In this document: positions 46,538-56,575 of the stretch, in pieces
Numbering within the stretch: position 1 is the first letter of the stretch
Layout: each line of letters begins with the position of its first letter
Assembly: GCA_003157775.1 (NCBI GenBank)
Contig: PMKP01000350.1
Span: 2,741 to 66,740, forward strand
From: Myxococcales bacterium
GTDB lineage: Bacteria; Myxococcota_A; Polyangia; Fen-1088
Reading direction: 5' to 3'
Length of the DNA stretch: 64,000 bases
Notes under the pieces: model-generated
The model's input: the letters and a program-made list of their open reading frames with translations, nothing else
Told to the model about the DNA's origin: nothing
The model's database searches: none
Position numbers and translations under genes: made by a program

Positions 46538-48205
46538 TTACCTAAGATACTGGGCCAGTCCGATGTTCTGGTCCTTGATGGCTTTGGCAACAAGACCAGC
46601 CAGCTTCTCTCCGCCCGCGAGGTTGGTGTGGGTTTGGTCGGTCCCGCCCGCGTGGTATGCCTGCAGCACTTGAGTCTTGGTCATGCCAAGACCGTTGTAC
46701 CAAGTGGTCGACAGGGCGGTGAGATCGATGAATGGCACGTTGTTGGCCGTTGCGACCGCTTTGGCCGCCGCTGCATGAAGGCTGGTTTGATCGCCTATTG
46801 GGATGCTCGTCGCGCGCGCGGGAGGAGAAACCATTATCGGGTTGACGCCCGCGGCTATTGCGGCGGTTACATGGGGCGTGAGGTTCGACTCGACCTGAGC
46901 GTCCGTATCTGTCTTGTCGTTGTGTCCAAATTGGATAATGAACCAGTCGCCTTTGGCCCAGCGCGACGAAATGTCGCTCCAGAAGCCGAAGTCGCCGGAG
47001 GCCGCGCCGCTGTTGGCATAGTTGGCAATTCCGACCGGAGGACCGAAATACTCAGGCAGCATTTGACCCCAGCCCCCGTATGAGCCACCGGTCTGGTCGC
47101 AGGTGGTGGAGTCGCTGGCAATGTAGACCATGATCGGCTTTGTCGTCGCATCGGCCAAGGTGTATCCGATGGCAGAAACCTGCGGATTCGTGCCGGAGAA
47201 GAACAAGTCTAGCCCCGGGTATCCGCCCGGCCCGCCGGCATGCTTTGGTTGCCCTTCCATGGCTCGCACATTGACCACGAACGCATACTCAAGCGACTGG
47301 CCCGGGGTGGTGGTCACGGACTGCAGCATGCCTCGGCTCGATTCTGCAGTGACAAGCGTGTCACCGGCGGCGGCGCCGCCAAGAGTAACCGTCACGACGT
47401 AGTTTCCCGCCTCGCTTGTCGCGGTTGCCGTGGGAGTGGTCTCAGAGGCGTTGTAGTCGCTACCACCGAAAAGACATTCGATACAGACATTCCCCGCGGG
47501 CTGGCCCGCGCACGCATTGCCAGTGCCTCCTACCGCTACCTTCTGGCACTTGGCGTAGTTGTCCGCGGTGGGCGCGGGATATCCCGTTGGGATGCTGCCT
47601 GGCTGGGGAGCCCCGGCCGCGCCTGCCGCCCCGCCCGCGCCTCCCGCGCTCCCGCCGGTTGCGCCAATCCCTCCGGATCCGGTCTTGCCTCCTGACCCTG
47701 AAGCGCCTCCCGATGGTGATGCGCCGCCGGTCGTGCTCGTGGCACCTCCGGTCGAGGCACTTCCACCGGCTGCGGAAGTGCCGCCCGAAGCTGCGGATCC
47801 GCCGGTATCGGTTGCGCCGCCGGTTGAGGAGTTGCCGCCCGTGGCGGTTGCGCCGCCAGTCTTGGAGCTACCGCCCGTGGGCGCTGCGCCGCCGGTTGTG
47901 GCTGCGCCACCCGTGGCCTTAGTCCCGCCGGTCATGGGGGCGCCCCCGGTGGCCTGAGTGCCGCCAGTTGTGGGGCTACCGCCTGTGGCCGTGGTGCCGC
48001 CGGTTGTGGCTGCGCCACCAGTTGTCGGTGCTCCGCCCGTGGTTGCCGACCCTCCGGCAGCGGTCGTCCCGCCCGAACCAGGTGTTCCTCCCTGGGCCAC
48101 CCCTCCGGAACCGCCCTGCGGTCCTCCAGTGTCATTTCCTGAGCAGGCCATCACACCGACGAGAGTGAACAACGGGAGCAGCAAAAAACGTCGCGTGGTA
48201 TTCAT
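46538..48205 (-). CDS. secreted rhamnogalacturonan acetylesterase-like SGNH hydrolase (CE12-like) with longer TGGxxT repeat linker, copy B
   Basis: Tandem paralogue of copy A with an identical SD+ATG context. Start re-placed at MNTTRRFLLLPLFTLVGVMAC (48205); the track's 814-aa extension is rejected. Confidence 0.8.
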   Translation of the reverse strand: MNTTRRFLLLPLFTLVGVMACSGNDTGGPQGGSGGVAQGGTPGSGGTTAAGGSATTGGAPTTGGAATTGGTTATGGSPTTGGTQATGGAPMTGGTKATGGAATTGGAAPTGGSSKTGGATATGGNSSTGGATDTGGSAASGGTSAAGGSASTGGATSTTGGASPSGGASGSGGKTGSGGIGATGGSAGGAGGAAGAAGAPQPGSIPTGYPAPTADNYAKCQKVAVGGTGNACAGQPAGNVCIECLFGGSDYNASETTPTATATSEAGNYVVTVTLGGAAAGDTLVTAESSRGMLQSVTTTPGQSLEYAFVVNVRAMEGQPKHAGGPGGYPGLDLFFSGTNPQVSAIGYTLADATTKPIMVYIASDSTTCDQTGGSYGGWGQMLPEYFGPPVGIANYANSGAASGDFGFWSDISSRWAKGDWFIIQFGHNDKTDTDAQVESNLTPHVTAAIAAGVNPIMVSPPARATSIPIGDQTSLHAAAAKAVATANNVPFIDLTALSTTWYNGLGMTKTQVLQAYHAGGTDQTHTNLAGGEKLAGLVAKAIKDQNIGLAQYLR

Positions 48206-48595
48206 GATTCTCCTCAGTTGTAAGGGTGGCGTTCCCCCCCATCCATGGGTCAGAGTTTCTTGTTTTTCGGGCAGGTCGAAGGATGTGGCTCGATCACCAC
48301 AAGTCCTCAGCAGTGAAGAGCAGACCCAGGCCGCAAGGGCGCACAGAACATTAGCATTGCGCCGGTTCATTGCCAAACGCAGCAAGCGCTTGCGCAGGCG
48401 TGCAGTATACCTGCCGGCTACGCCGGTGGACAACTGCCGGAGATTGTTCTTGATTTTGCATACCAAGCCACTCTTCGCAGCATTTGGCAGTGCTATTCCT
48501 AGCAACGGATCGCGCTTCGCGAGATCCCGACTTCCGTTCGCCCGCATCTTCCTCCATGATGAGATCCCCATCTCCCTTCGCGCGGGCTGCATCCC

Positions 48596-49027
48596 ATGAA
48601 AGTCGAGCAAATCACGGTCTTTCTCGAGAACCAGTCGGGCCGATTGGCCGACGTGGCCAGCATCCTTGCGGTCGCGGGTGTGAACATCCGCGCGCTGTCC
48701 CTGGCCGACTCTGCTGATTTCGGCATCCTGCGGCTCATCGTGAACGACACGGACAAAGCCAGCCAGGTGCTCAAGGCGGAGGGCTTCACCGTGGCCAAGA
48801 CCGAGGTCGTGGGCGTGCAGGTGCCCGACCGGCCGGGCGGCCTGGCTGAGATTCTCAACGCGATGAAGGCCAACCAGGTCAACGTCGAGTACATGTACGC
48901 CTTCGTGCACAAGTCGGCGGTCAACGCCACCATCATTTTCCGCTTCGACGATCCGGGAAAGGCCATCGCCTGCTTGCAGCACGCCGGAATCAGAATCCTG
49001 GAGGGCGAAGACCTCTACTCGATGTGA
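48596..49027 (+). CDS. tandem ACT domain protein
   Basis: Two ACT repeats ([29 protein letters not shown] and [24 protein letters not shown]). Confidence 0.8.
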   Translation: MKVEQITVFLENQSGRLADVASILAVAGVNIRALSLADSADFGILRLIVNDTDKASQVLKAEGFTVAKTEVVGVQVPDRPGGLAEILNAMKANQVNVEYMYAFVHKSAVNATIIFRFDDPGKAIACLQHAGIRILEGEDLYSM

Positions 49028-49057
49028 CCATCAACCGACTAGCAGGGAGCTATCCGC

Positions 49058-50221
49058 ATGAAGACACCAGGAATTCTTGCAACTCTCATCTTGGCGAGCC
49101 TACTGGGCGCAGGTGCGACGCAGGCTAGGGGACCCACCATCAAGATCGGCGCCATCTTCAGCGTGACGGGCCCGGCAGCCAACCTGGGCGGACCCGAGGC
49201 CAGGACCCTGGAGATGCTCGTGCAGGAGGCCAACAAGAGGGGCGGGATCGGCGGCAGCCAGATCGAGTTGGTGCTCAAGGATTCGGCCAGCAGCCCCGAG
49301 AAGGCAATTTCATTTGCCAAGCAGCTCATCGAGGAAGACAAGGTCTTTGCCATAATCGGTCCTTCCACCAGCGGCGAAACTCTAAAGATCAAGGGCATTG
49401 CCGAGGAGGGCAAGACCATGCTGCTATCCTGTGCGGCGGCGGAGGCCATCGTGAATCCAGTGGCCAGTTACGTGTTCAAGGTGGCGCCCAACGACAGCCA
49501 CGCCGCCCGCCGCATTTTCGAGCAGATGAAGAAGATGGGTATCGCCAAGATCGGGCTGCTGTCCAGTAACACCGGTTTCGGCAAGGCCGGCAAGGAACAG
49601 GTCGAGAAGCTGGCCCCAAGCTTTGGCATAGGGATCGTGGCCAATGAGGTGTACGAGAAGGAGGCAACTGACCTGACCGCTGTCGTGACCAAGCTCAAGG
49701 CGGCCAACGTGCAGGCCTTCATCAACTGGTCCATCGAGCCAGCGCAGGCCATCGTCATCAAGAACGCGCGCCAGGTTGGTCTTTCCGTGCCCGTCTTTCA
49801 GAGCCACGGCTTCGGCAACATCCAATATGCCAAGGCCGCTGGGCCCGCAGCCGAGGGCGTGATCTTCCCTGCCAGCCGGCTGCTGGTGGCTGACAGTCTG
49901 CCGGCCGGCGACAAGCAGAAGCCCGTGCTGCTCAAGTACAAGCAGAGCTACGAGGCCCGCTATCATGAAGATGCCAGCACCTTTGGTGGCCACGCCCACG
50001 ATGCCCTCTTGCTGCTGGGCAAGGCGGTGGAAAAGGCCGGCGGACTCGACAAGGAGAAGGTGCGCGCCGCACTGGAAAGCCTGCAGGGCGTGGTGGGCAC
50101 GGCTGGAATCTTCAACTTCTCCGCGCACGATCACGGCGGCCTAGACATGGACGCTTTCGAGATGCAGACCGTGAAGAACGGCAAGTTCGTCGTGTACAGC
50201 GACGCGGCCGCCAAGCAGTAG
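49058..50221 (+). CDS. ABC transporter substrate-binding protein, branched-chain amino acid (LivK) family
   Basis: Signal peptide and type-1 periplasmic binding fold (IKIGAIFSVTGPAANLG...). Confidence 0.85.
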   Translation: MKTPGILATLILASLLGAGATQARGPTIKIGAIFSVTGPAANLGGPEARTLEMLVQEANKRGGIGGSQIELVLKDSASSPEKAISFAKQLIEEDKVFAIIGPSTSGETLKIKGIAEEGKTMLLSCAAAEAIVNPVASYVFKVAPNDSHAARRIFEQMKKMGIAKIGLLSSNTGFGKAGKEQVEKLAPSFGIGIVANEVYEKEATDLTAVVTKLKAANVQAFINWSIEPAQAIVIKNARQVGLSVPVFQSHGFGNIQYAKAAGPAAEGVIFPASRLLVADSLPAGDKQKPVLLKYKQSYEARYHEDASTFGGHAHDALLLLGKAVEKAGGLDKEKVRAALESLQGVVGTAGIFNFSAHDHGGLDMDAFEMQTVKNGKFVVYSDAAAKQ

Positions 50222-50256
50222 CGACGGGCCAGTCCGGGCTGGCCCGTCAGACGCGC

Positions 50257-51147
50257 ATGAGTCTCGCTCTTCTCTTTCAGTACCTGGTGGCCGGCATCAC
50301 CTACGGCACGATCTACGCGATCGTCGCCATCGGCTTCAACATCATCTATAACGCCACCGGCATCATCAACTTCGCCCAGGGCGAGTTTGTCATGTTGGGC
50401 GGGATGATCGGGGTGACCCTGCGTGCGCTCTTGCCCATGCCCGTCGCCATCGCGGGCGCGGTCATCGCCACCATGCTGGTGGGAGCGCTGATTGAGATGC
50501 TGTTCATTCGCTGGCTGCGCCGGCCGTCAGTGCTGCGCCTGATCATCATCACCATTGGCCTGTCCATCGCCATTCGCGAACTGGCGCTGCTGTTGTGGGG
50601 CGAGGGCGTGCGCGCCTTGCCGTATTTCACCGGCACCGCGGTGACCTCGCTTTCCGTCGGCGACGTCCACATCTCGCCCCAGGTGTTGTGGGTCCTCGGG
50701 ATCTCAGCGGTGATGGTGGCGGCGCTCAATTTCTTTTTCGCCCGCACTCTGCTCGGCCGGCAGATGCGCGCCTGCGCCTGCAACCGCGAGGCAGCGCAGT
50801 TGTGCGGCATCAGTGCCAAGAACATGGTCACCCTGTCCTTTGTGCTGAGCGCGGGCATCGGTGCCCTGGCCGGCTGTGTGATCTCGCCCATCACCTACGT
50901 GCAATACGACAGCGGCAGCAGCCTGGCCTTGAAGGGGTTCACTGTGGCCATTTTGGGCGGTCTGGGCAACAGCATGGCTGCGGTTGCTGCGGGCTTGCTG
51001 CTTGGCACCCTGGAGTCGTTCTCCATTTGGGTCATGCCCGCCGCCTACAAGGACGTCATCGCCATCAGCATTCTATTGCTCATTCTCTTCGTGCGGCCTT
51101 CAGGGTTGTTCGGCAATGCTGAGGCTGCGCGCCTCAAGGACTACTGA
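50257..51147 (+). CDS. ABC transporter permease, LivH family
   Basis: Eight TM helices and FAQGEFVMLGGM motif. Confidence 0.85.
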   Translation: MSLALLFQYLVAGITYGTIYAIVAIGFNIIYNATGIINFAQGEFVMLGGMIGVTLRALLPMPVAIAGAVIATMLVGALIEMLFIRWLRRPSVLRLIIITIGLSIAIRELALLLWGEGVRALPYFTGTAVTSLSVGDVHISPQVLWVLGISAVMVAALNFFFARTLLGRQMRACACNREAAQLCGISAKNMVTLSFVLSAGIGALAGCVISPITYVQYDSGSSLALKGFTVAILGGLGNSMAAVAAGLLLGTLESFSIWVMPAAYKDVIAISILLLILFVRPSGLFGNAEAARLKDY

Positions 51148-52217
51148 TGGGCCGCCGGCGCAACCTACCCATTGTCGCTTTGGCCATGGCGGTGATTGCG
51201 GTGCAATTGCTGACTGCAGCCGCGGGCAAGCCCCAGTACCTCACCCAGCTCACCATGGCTGGGTACTACTCGCTGGTCATCGTGGGGCTCACCTTGTTGA
51301 TGGGCTACACCGGCCAGATCTCACTCGGCCACGCTGGATTCTTCGCCATCGGCGGCTACACCTCCGGCCTGCTAACCACGTACAACCTTCATCCCCTAAT
51401 AGGCCAGATCCCTGTCTCTATTCTGCAGGCATGCGGGCTGTTGGTTTCAGGCAAGGATCTGTACGGCGCCGATCTCTTGGTAGTGCGCCCGTGGGCAGCC
51501 TGCGTGGTTGCCTTGCTGGTGACCATCGGCATCGCCTACCTGGTGGGCAAGCCGGTCCTGAAATTGAAGGGCCACTACCTGGCCATGGCGACCCTGGGCT
51601 TTGGCACCATCGTGTACAAAGTGGTATTGGGTAGCAGCCTGGTGGGCGCGGCCGACGGGATCTCGGACATTCCCGCCTTTCCCCTCTTCGCGGGCCTGGT
51701 GGTGACCGGCAAGTCCGCGCTGCGCGCGCAGAACTACTATGTGGCCTGGGGCCTGGTGCTGGGGGCTATGGCGTTGCTCACCAATCTCATCCGCTCGCGC
51801 GTGGGTCGCGCCCTGCGCGCGATCCACGGGGCCGAAGATGCAGCCAATGCCATGGGGGTGGACACCGGCCGGTACAAGCTGCAGATGTTCGTGCTCAGTG
51901 CCGCGCTGGCGGCCTTGGGCGGCGTGTTTCTGACTCACTACAACGGCGGCATCGGCCCTTCCGAGGCCTCAGTCATGAAGTCCGTGCGCTACGTGGCCAT
52001 TGTGGCCGTCGGCGGCATGGCGAACTTGTGGGGCGCCCTGTTCATGGGCGTGTTGCTCAATTTCCTTTCTCTGCGCGGTTCTTTCGGATCCTACGACGAC
52101 GCGGTTTTCGGCCTGATTCTTCTGGCCATCATGCTCTTTGCGCCCGACGGGTTGCTGCGCGCAGAGTTCGCGCGGCGCCTGCCCGGCCTGCGCCGTGGGC
52201 AGAAGGCGGCGCCATGA
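51147..52217 (+). CDS. ABC transporter permease, LivM family
   Basis: Start overlaps the LivH stop. YTGQISLGHAGFFAIGGY motif. Confidence 0.85.
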   Translation: MGRRRNLPIVALAMAVIAVQLLTAAAGKPQYLTQLTMAGYYSLVIVGLTLLMGYTGQISLGHAGFFAIGGYTSGLLTTYNLHPLIGQIPVSILQACGLLVSGKDLYGADLLVVRPWAACVVALLVTIGIAYLVGKPVLKLKGHYLAMATLGFGTIVYKVVLGSSLVGAADGISDIPAFPLFAGLVVTGKSALRAQNYYVAWGLVLGAMALLTNLIRSRVGRALRAIHGAEDAANAMGVDTGRYKLQMFVLSAALAALGGVFLTHYNGGIGPSEASVMKSVRYVAIVAVGGMANLWGALFMGVLLNFLSLRGSFGSYDDAVFGLILLAIMLFAPDGLLRAEFARRLPGLRRGQKAAP

Positions 52218-52970
52218 GCCTGCTCGTGGTCAAGGATCTGTGTAAGCGCTTCGGCGGTTTGCAAGCCGTGGACAACGTCAGTTTCGCGGTTGCTTCCGGC
52301 AGCATCAAGGCGCTCATCGGTCCCAACGGCGCCGGCAAGACAACCCTGTTCAACCTGATCTTCGGCGCCCTGCTCCCCGACTCAGGGCAGGTGTGGTTCG
52401 ACGGCAAGCAGACGGACGGCTGGAAACCGCATCAGGTGGCGGCCGCGGGCATGGCGCGTACCTTCCAGCACATTCGTCTGTTTCCCAAGATGAGCGCCCT
52501 GGATAACATCGCGGTCGGCCGGCATGTGCACAGTCGGGCCGGGTTTCTGGCCAGCATGCTCGGCCTGCCCTGGACACGACGAGAGCAGCGGGCGGTGCGC
52601 GAGAAGGCCCTGGAGATCATGCGCTTCTTGGGCGTGGAAGAGCTGGCCGACGGCGAGGCCACCAGCCTGGCCTACGGCCAGCAGCGTATTGTCGAGCTGG
52701 GGCGGGCGCTCGCCTGTGAGCCCAAACTGCTCCTGCTCGACGAGCCCGCTGCAGGGCTCAATATGCGTGAGACCAGCGAGATGGCCAAGCTGATCGCGCG
52801 CATCCGCGACACCGGGGTCACAGTGCTGCTGGTCGAGCACGACATGACCCTGGTGATGAACATCTCGGACGAAGTCTTGGTGCTGAGCTACGGCGAGAAG
52901 ATCGCTGACGACAAGCCGCTCGCCATTCAGAAGCACCCCGAGGTGATCAAGGTCTACCTGGGAGAGGACG

Positions 52971-52978
<8 letters not shown>
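52214..52978 (+). CDS. ABC transporter ATP-binding protein, LivG family
   Basis: ATGA overlap. Walker A GPNGAGKTT, signature SYGQQR and Walker B LLLDEP. Confidence 0.85.
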
Positions 52979-53719
<741 letters not shown>

Positions 53720-53723
<4 letters not shown>

Positions 53724-55003
53724 CCATGGTCTGGGAGCCTGAAAAGGAATGCATGCAAAGGGACGAGCTGCGCCAGTTGCAGCTTGAACAACTACAGGCG
53801 GCTTTGGCGCGGGTCTACATGCACGTGCCGTTTTATCGAAAGCAGTTCGACGCGTGCAAAGTCGACCCCGACGATTTCCGCAGCCTCGACGATCTGCGCC
53901 GGTTGCCATTTACCAGCAAGGCCGACCTGCAGGAGAACTATCCCTATGGCCTGTTCGCCGTGCCCTTGCGCGACGTCGTGCGCATCCACGCCTCGGCGTG
54001 CATGTCCACGGTGGTGGGATACACGCGCAACGACATCAAGACTTGGTCGAATCTGGTGGCGCGCGTGCTTTGCGCCGGGGGCGTGAGCAAAGACGACGTG
54101 GTGCAGATCGCCTACGGCTACGACCTGTCGACCGGCGGCTTCGGGATCCATTATGGCGCCGAACGTATCGGGGCCTCGGTCATTCCCACATCCACGGGTA
54201 ACACTGCCCGCCAGATCAAGATCATGCGCGATTTTAAAACCACCGCGCTGGTGTGCACGCCCAGCTATGCCATGCTGATCGCGGATAGCATCCACAAGCA
54301 AGGCATCAACCCGGGCGTCTTGTCGCTAAAGTACGGGCTATTCGGCGGCGAGCCCTGGTCCGAGGCCGTGCGGCAGGAGATCCAGGACAAACTGCACATC
54401 GTGGCCACCGACAACTACGGCGTATCCGAGGTGATGGGGCCGGGGGTGGCGAGCGAGTGCATGGAGCGCAAGGGCCTGCACATCAACGAGGACCACTTTC
54501 TGGTCGAGGTGGTCGACCCGCAGACGCTCGACCCCTTGCCGTTGGGGGCAACCGGCGAGCTGGTTATCACGACTTTGACCAAGGAGGCATTCCCGGTCAT
54601 CCGGTTCCGCACCCGCGATCTGACCAGCCTGCTTTGCGAGCCATGCCCCTGTGGCCGCAAGACCATGCGCATGGCGCGGGTAGCCGGCCGCAGTGATGAC
54701 GTGCTGATCATTCGCGGGACCAAAGTATCCCCCTCACAGATCGCCGCCCTGCTGGGCGAGATCGAGGGTCAAGTGCCGGCGCACCAGGTGGTGGTGGAGC
54801 GACCGGGCGCGCTGGATGAGGTAAGCGTGCTGATCGCGCCCAGCGAATCAGGAGCCTTTGATGAGCTTCGCAAACAGCACGAGCGCCTGGCCGCCATTGC
54901 GCACCGGCTTTCATCCGAGCTGGGCTTGTCGATCAATGTGAAGCTGGTGGAACGCAAGTCAGTCGAATCCGGACCGCGCGTGCTGGATAAACGAAAGGCC
55001 TGA
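53720..55003 (+). CDS. phenylacetate-CoA ligase family protein (PaaK-like), copy 2
   Basis: ATGA overlap with livF. PaaK-type adenylation core and C-terminal domain. About 35-40% identical to copy 1 by eye. Confidence 0.85.
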
Positions 55004-55043
55004 ACCCGCAGGCGGATCCAGGCCCTGTCGTTCGTCGACGGCG

Positions 55044-55964
55044 CTACTTCTTGTCGTCGAACATCTTGGCGACGTAGGTGACGATAACAAAGAGGTTGTG
55101 GGCGACGTCGGTGATGTCGCCCGAGTCGGTGGCGCTGACGCCGATCTCGAGCATGTACATAGGGGTTACCGTGAGGGCGGGTGTAACCTTGAAGTCGATG
55201 CCCGCGTAGGTGCGGTTGTAGCGGAAACCGTCCTTCCAATAGCCGGGGGCCTTGTAGCCACCCCCAGCGGCGATCTTGCTGGTGTCACTGTCCTCGGCGA
55301 TGCCGAAGAACAGCTCATCAGCCAGCAACACGCCCAGCCTGTCGGTGAGCGCGTAGCGACCCTGGAGCAGCTCGCGCAGCACCGTGCCCCAGCCCCAGCG
55401 CTGTGAGCCGACGTCCAACTTGAAAGTCGGATCGGTCGGACTGACGTAGTCAGCGTTGTAGACGTCGGCGTAGAACGTATTGTGGAAGATCACGCGGTCG
55501 TAGATCGACCAGCGTCCGATGCGATACTCGGCGGCCGGGATGATCTCCAAGTTGTGCGAAAAACTGTAGGTCGACAGGCAGTTTGAGGCCGTGGGCGACG
55601 CCTGCGTGTTGCACTTGAGGGCACCCGATCCTGGCGGTGTCTCCACATCGCGCCCGCGCGTGGGGTAGCCCATGTAGTAGTACCAGAGCGATCCCTTGAG
55701 GGTCAGGTTGCCCATCCTGTACGTGTAGTTGGGGCCGATGAAGAACTCGAGGAACTGGACACCGGCCGCGTCTTCGCGCGAGCGGGCAAACTCGAAACGC
55801 ACGCCGGGCATGACGGTGAAGCTCCACTCGGGCGTGACTGCCAGGGTGAGATTCTGGTCGTACCAGACTCGGCCTTCCTGCTTGGCAGGTGCGTCCGCCT
55901 GAGCGATTCCGCTCAGTGCGACCAAGGAAAAAATGCTGATGGCTACAACAGACAAACGTTTCAT
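55044..55964 (-). CDS. outer-membrane beta-barrel protein (porin-like), lower-GC gene
   Basis: Signal peptide MKRLSVVAISIFSLVALSGIAQA. Aromatic-rich amphipathic strands ending ...YVAKMFDDKK. Noticeably lower GC than the flanks. Confidence 0.55.
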   Translation of the reverse strand: MKRLSVVAISIFSLVALSGIAQADAPAKQEGRVWYDQNLTLAVTPEWSFTVMPGVRFEFARSREDAAGVQFLEFFIGPNYTYRMGNLTLKGSLWYYYMGYPTRGRDVETPPGSGALKCNTQASPTASNCLSTYSFSHNLEIIPAAEYRIGRWSIYDRVIFHNTFYADVYNADYVSPTDPTFKLDVGSQRWGWGTVLRELLQGRYALTDRLGVLLADELFFGIAEDSDTSKIAAGGGYKAPGYWKDGFRYNRTYAGIDFKVTPALTVTPMYMLEIGVSATDSGDITDVAHNLFVIVTYVAKMFDDKK

Positions 55965-56194
55965 GTGCTCTCCCTTATACAATGACGCAGCATAAGACGT
56001 TTCTTGTTATCACGAGCGCCGAGAAAGCGGAAGGTCTTGAGTCAAGGGTCATGATCGCAGAGACAGCGCTTCGCGCTAGCGCGATGTGGCGTTGCGGTCC
56101 TGTTCCGAGAGATAGCTCCGTCGGGGGCCAGCACAGTAGCGCGATGCGAGAACGATTTTTTGCTAGGGGTGGGCGCCACATCTAGCATCCGAGC

Positions 56195-56575
56195 ATGCAG
56201 CTTGAGCGTCGATGTGCCGAAAGAGATCGCCGCCATGACGGCCGCGTTCTGGCCGTGTTCGCGGTTTGCAATCGGATCGGTGCGCGGGTCCAGCTCGGTC
56301 AGGCCGAGGACATTGCGCCCTCTGGGATCACCTTGCGCCGTCCGCGCGACGTGCCGGTGGTCCCGCACACGCCTCTGACTCTCCTCTTCGATCTGCCGGG
56401 CGCAGGTGCACGCATCAGCGTCGGCGGTTTGGTGATCACGGATCGGCGTTTCGGGCCCTTCCGTCGCACGGGCGTGCGGTTTACCGAGATTTCACCCGAG
56501 AGCGCTGCTCTGCTAGCCGAATTCTGTGCCCGCAGGGGACCGAGCCCGAGGGGGATGACTATGAATCCTCGATAA
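56195..56575 (+). CDS. PilZ domain-like protein
   Basis: RCAER (RxxxR) followed about 25 aa later by DIAPSG (D-x-A-x-x-G), the bipartite c-di-GMP-binding PilZ signature. About 125 aa. Confidence 0.5.
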   Translation: MQLERRCAERDRRHDGRVLAVFAVCNRIGARVQLGQAEDIAPSGITLRRPRDVPVVPHTPLTLLFDLPGAGARISVGGLVITDRRFGPFRRTGVRFTEISPESAALLAEFCARRGPSPRGMTMNPR

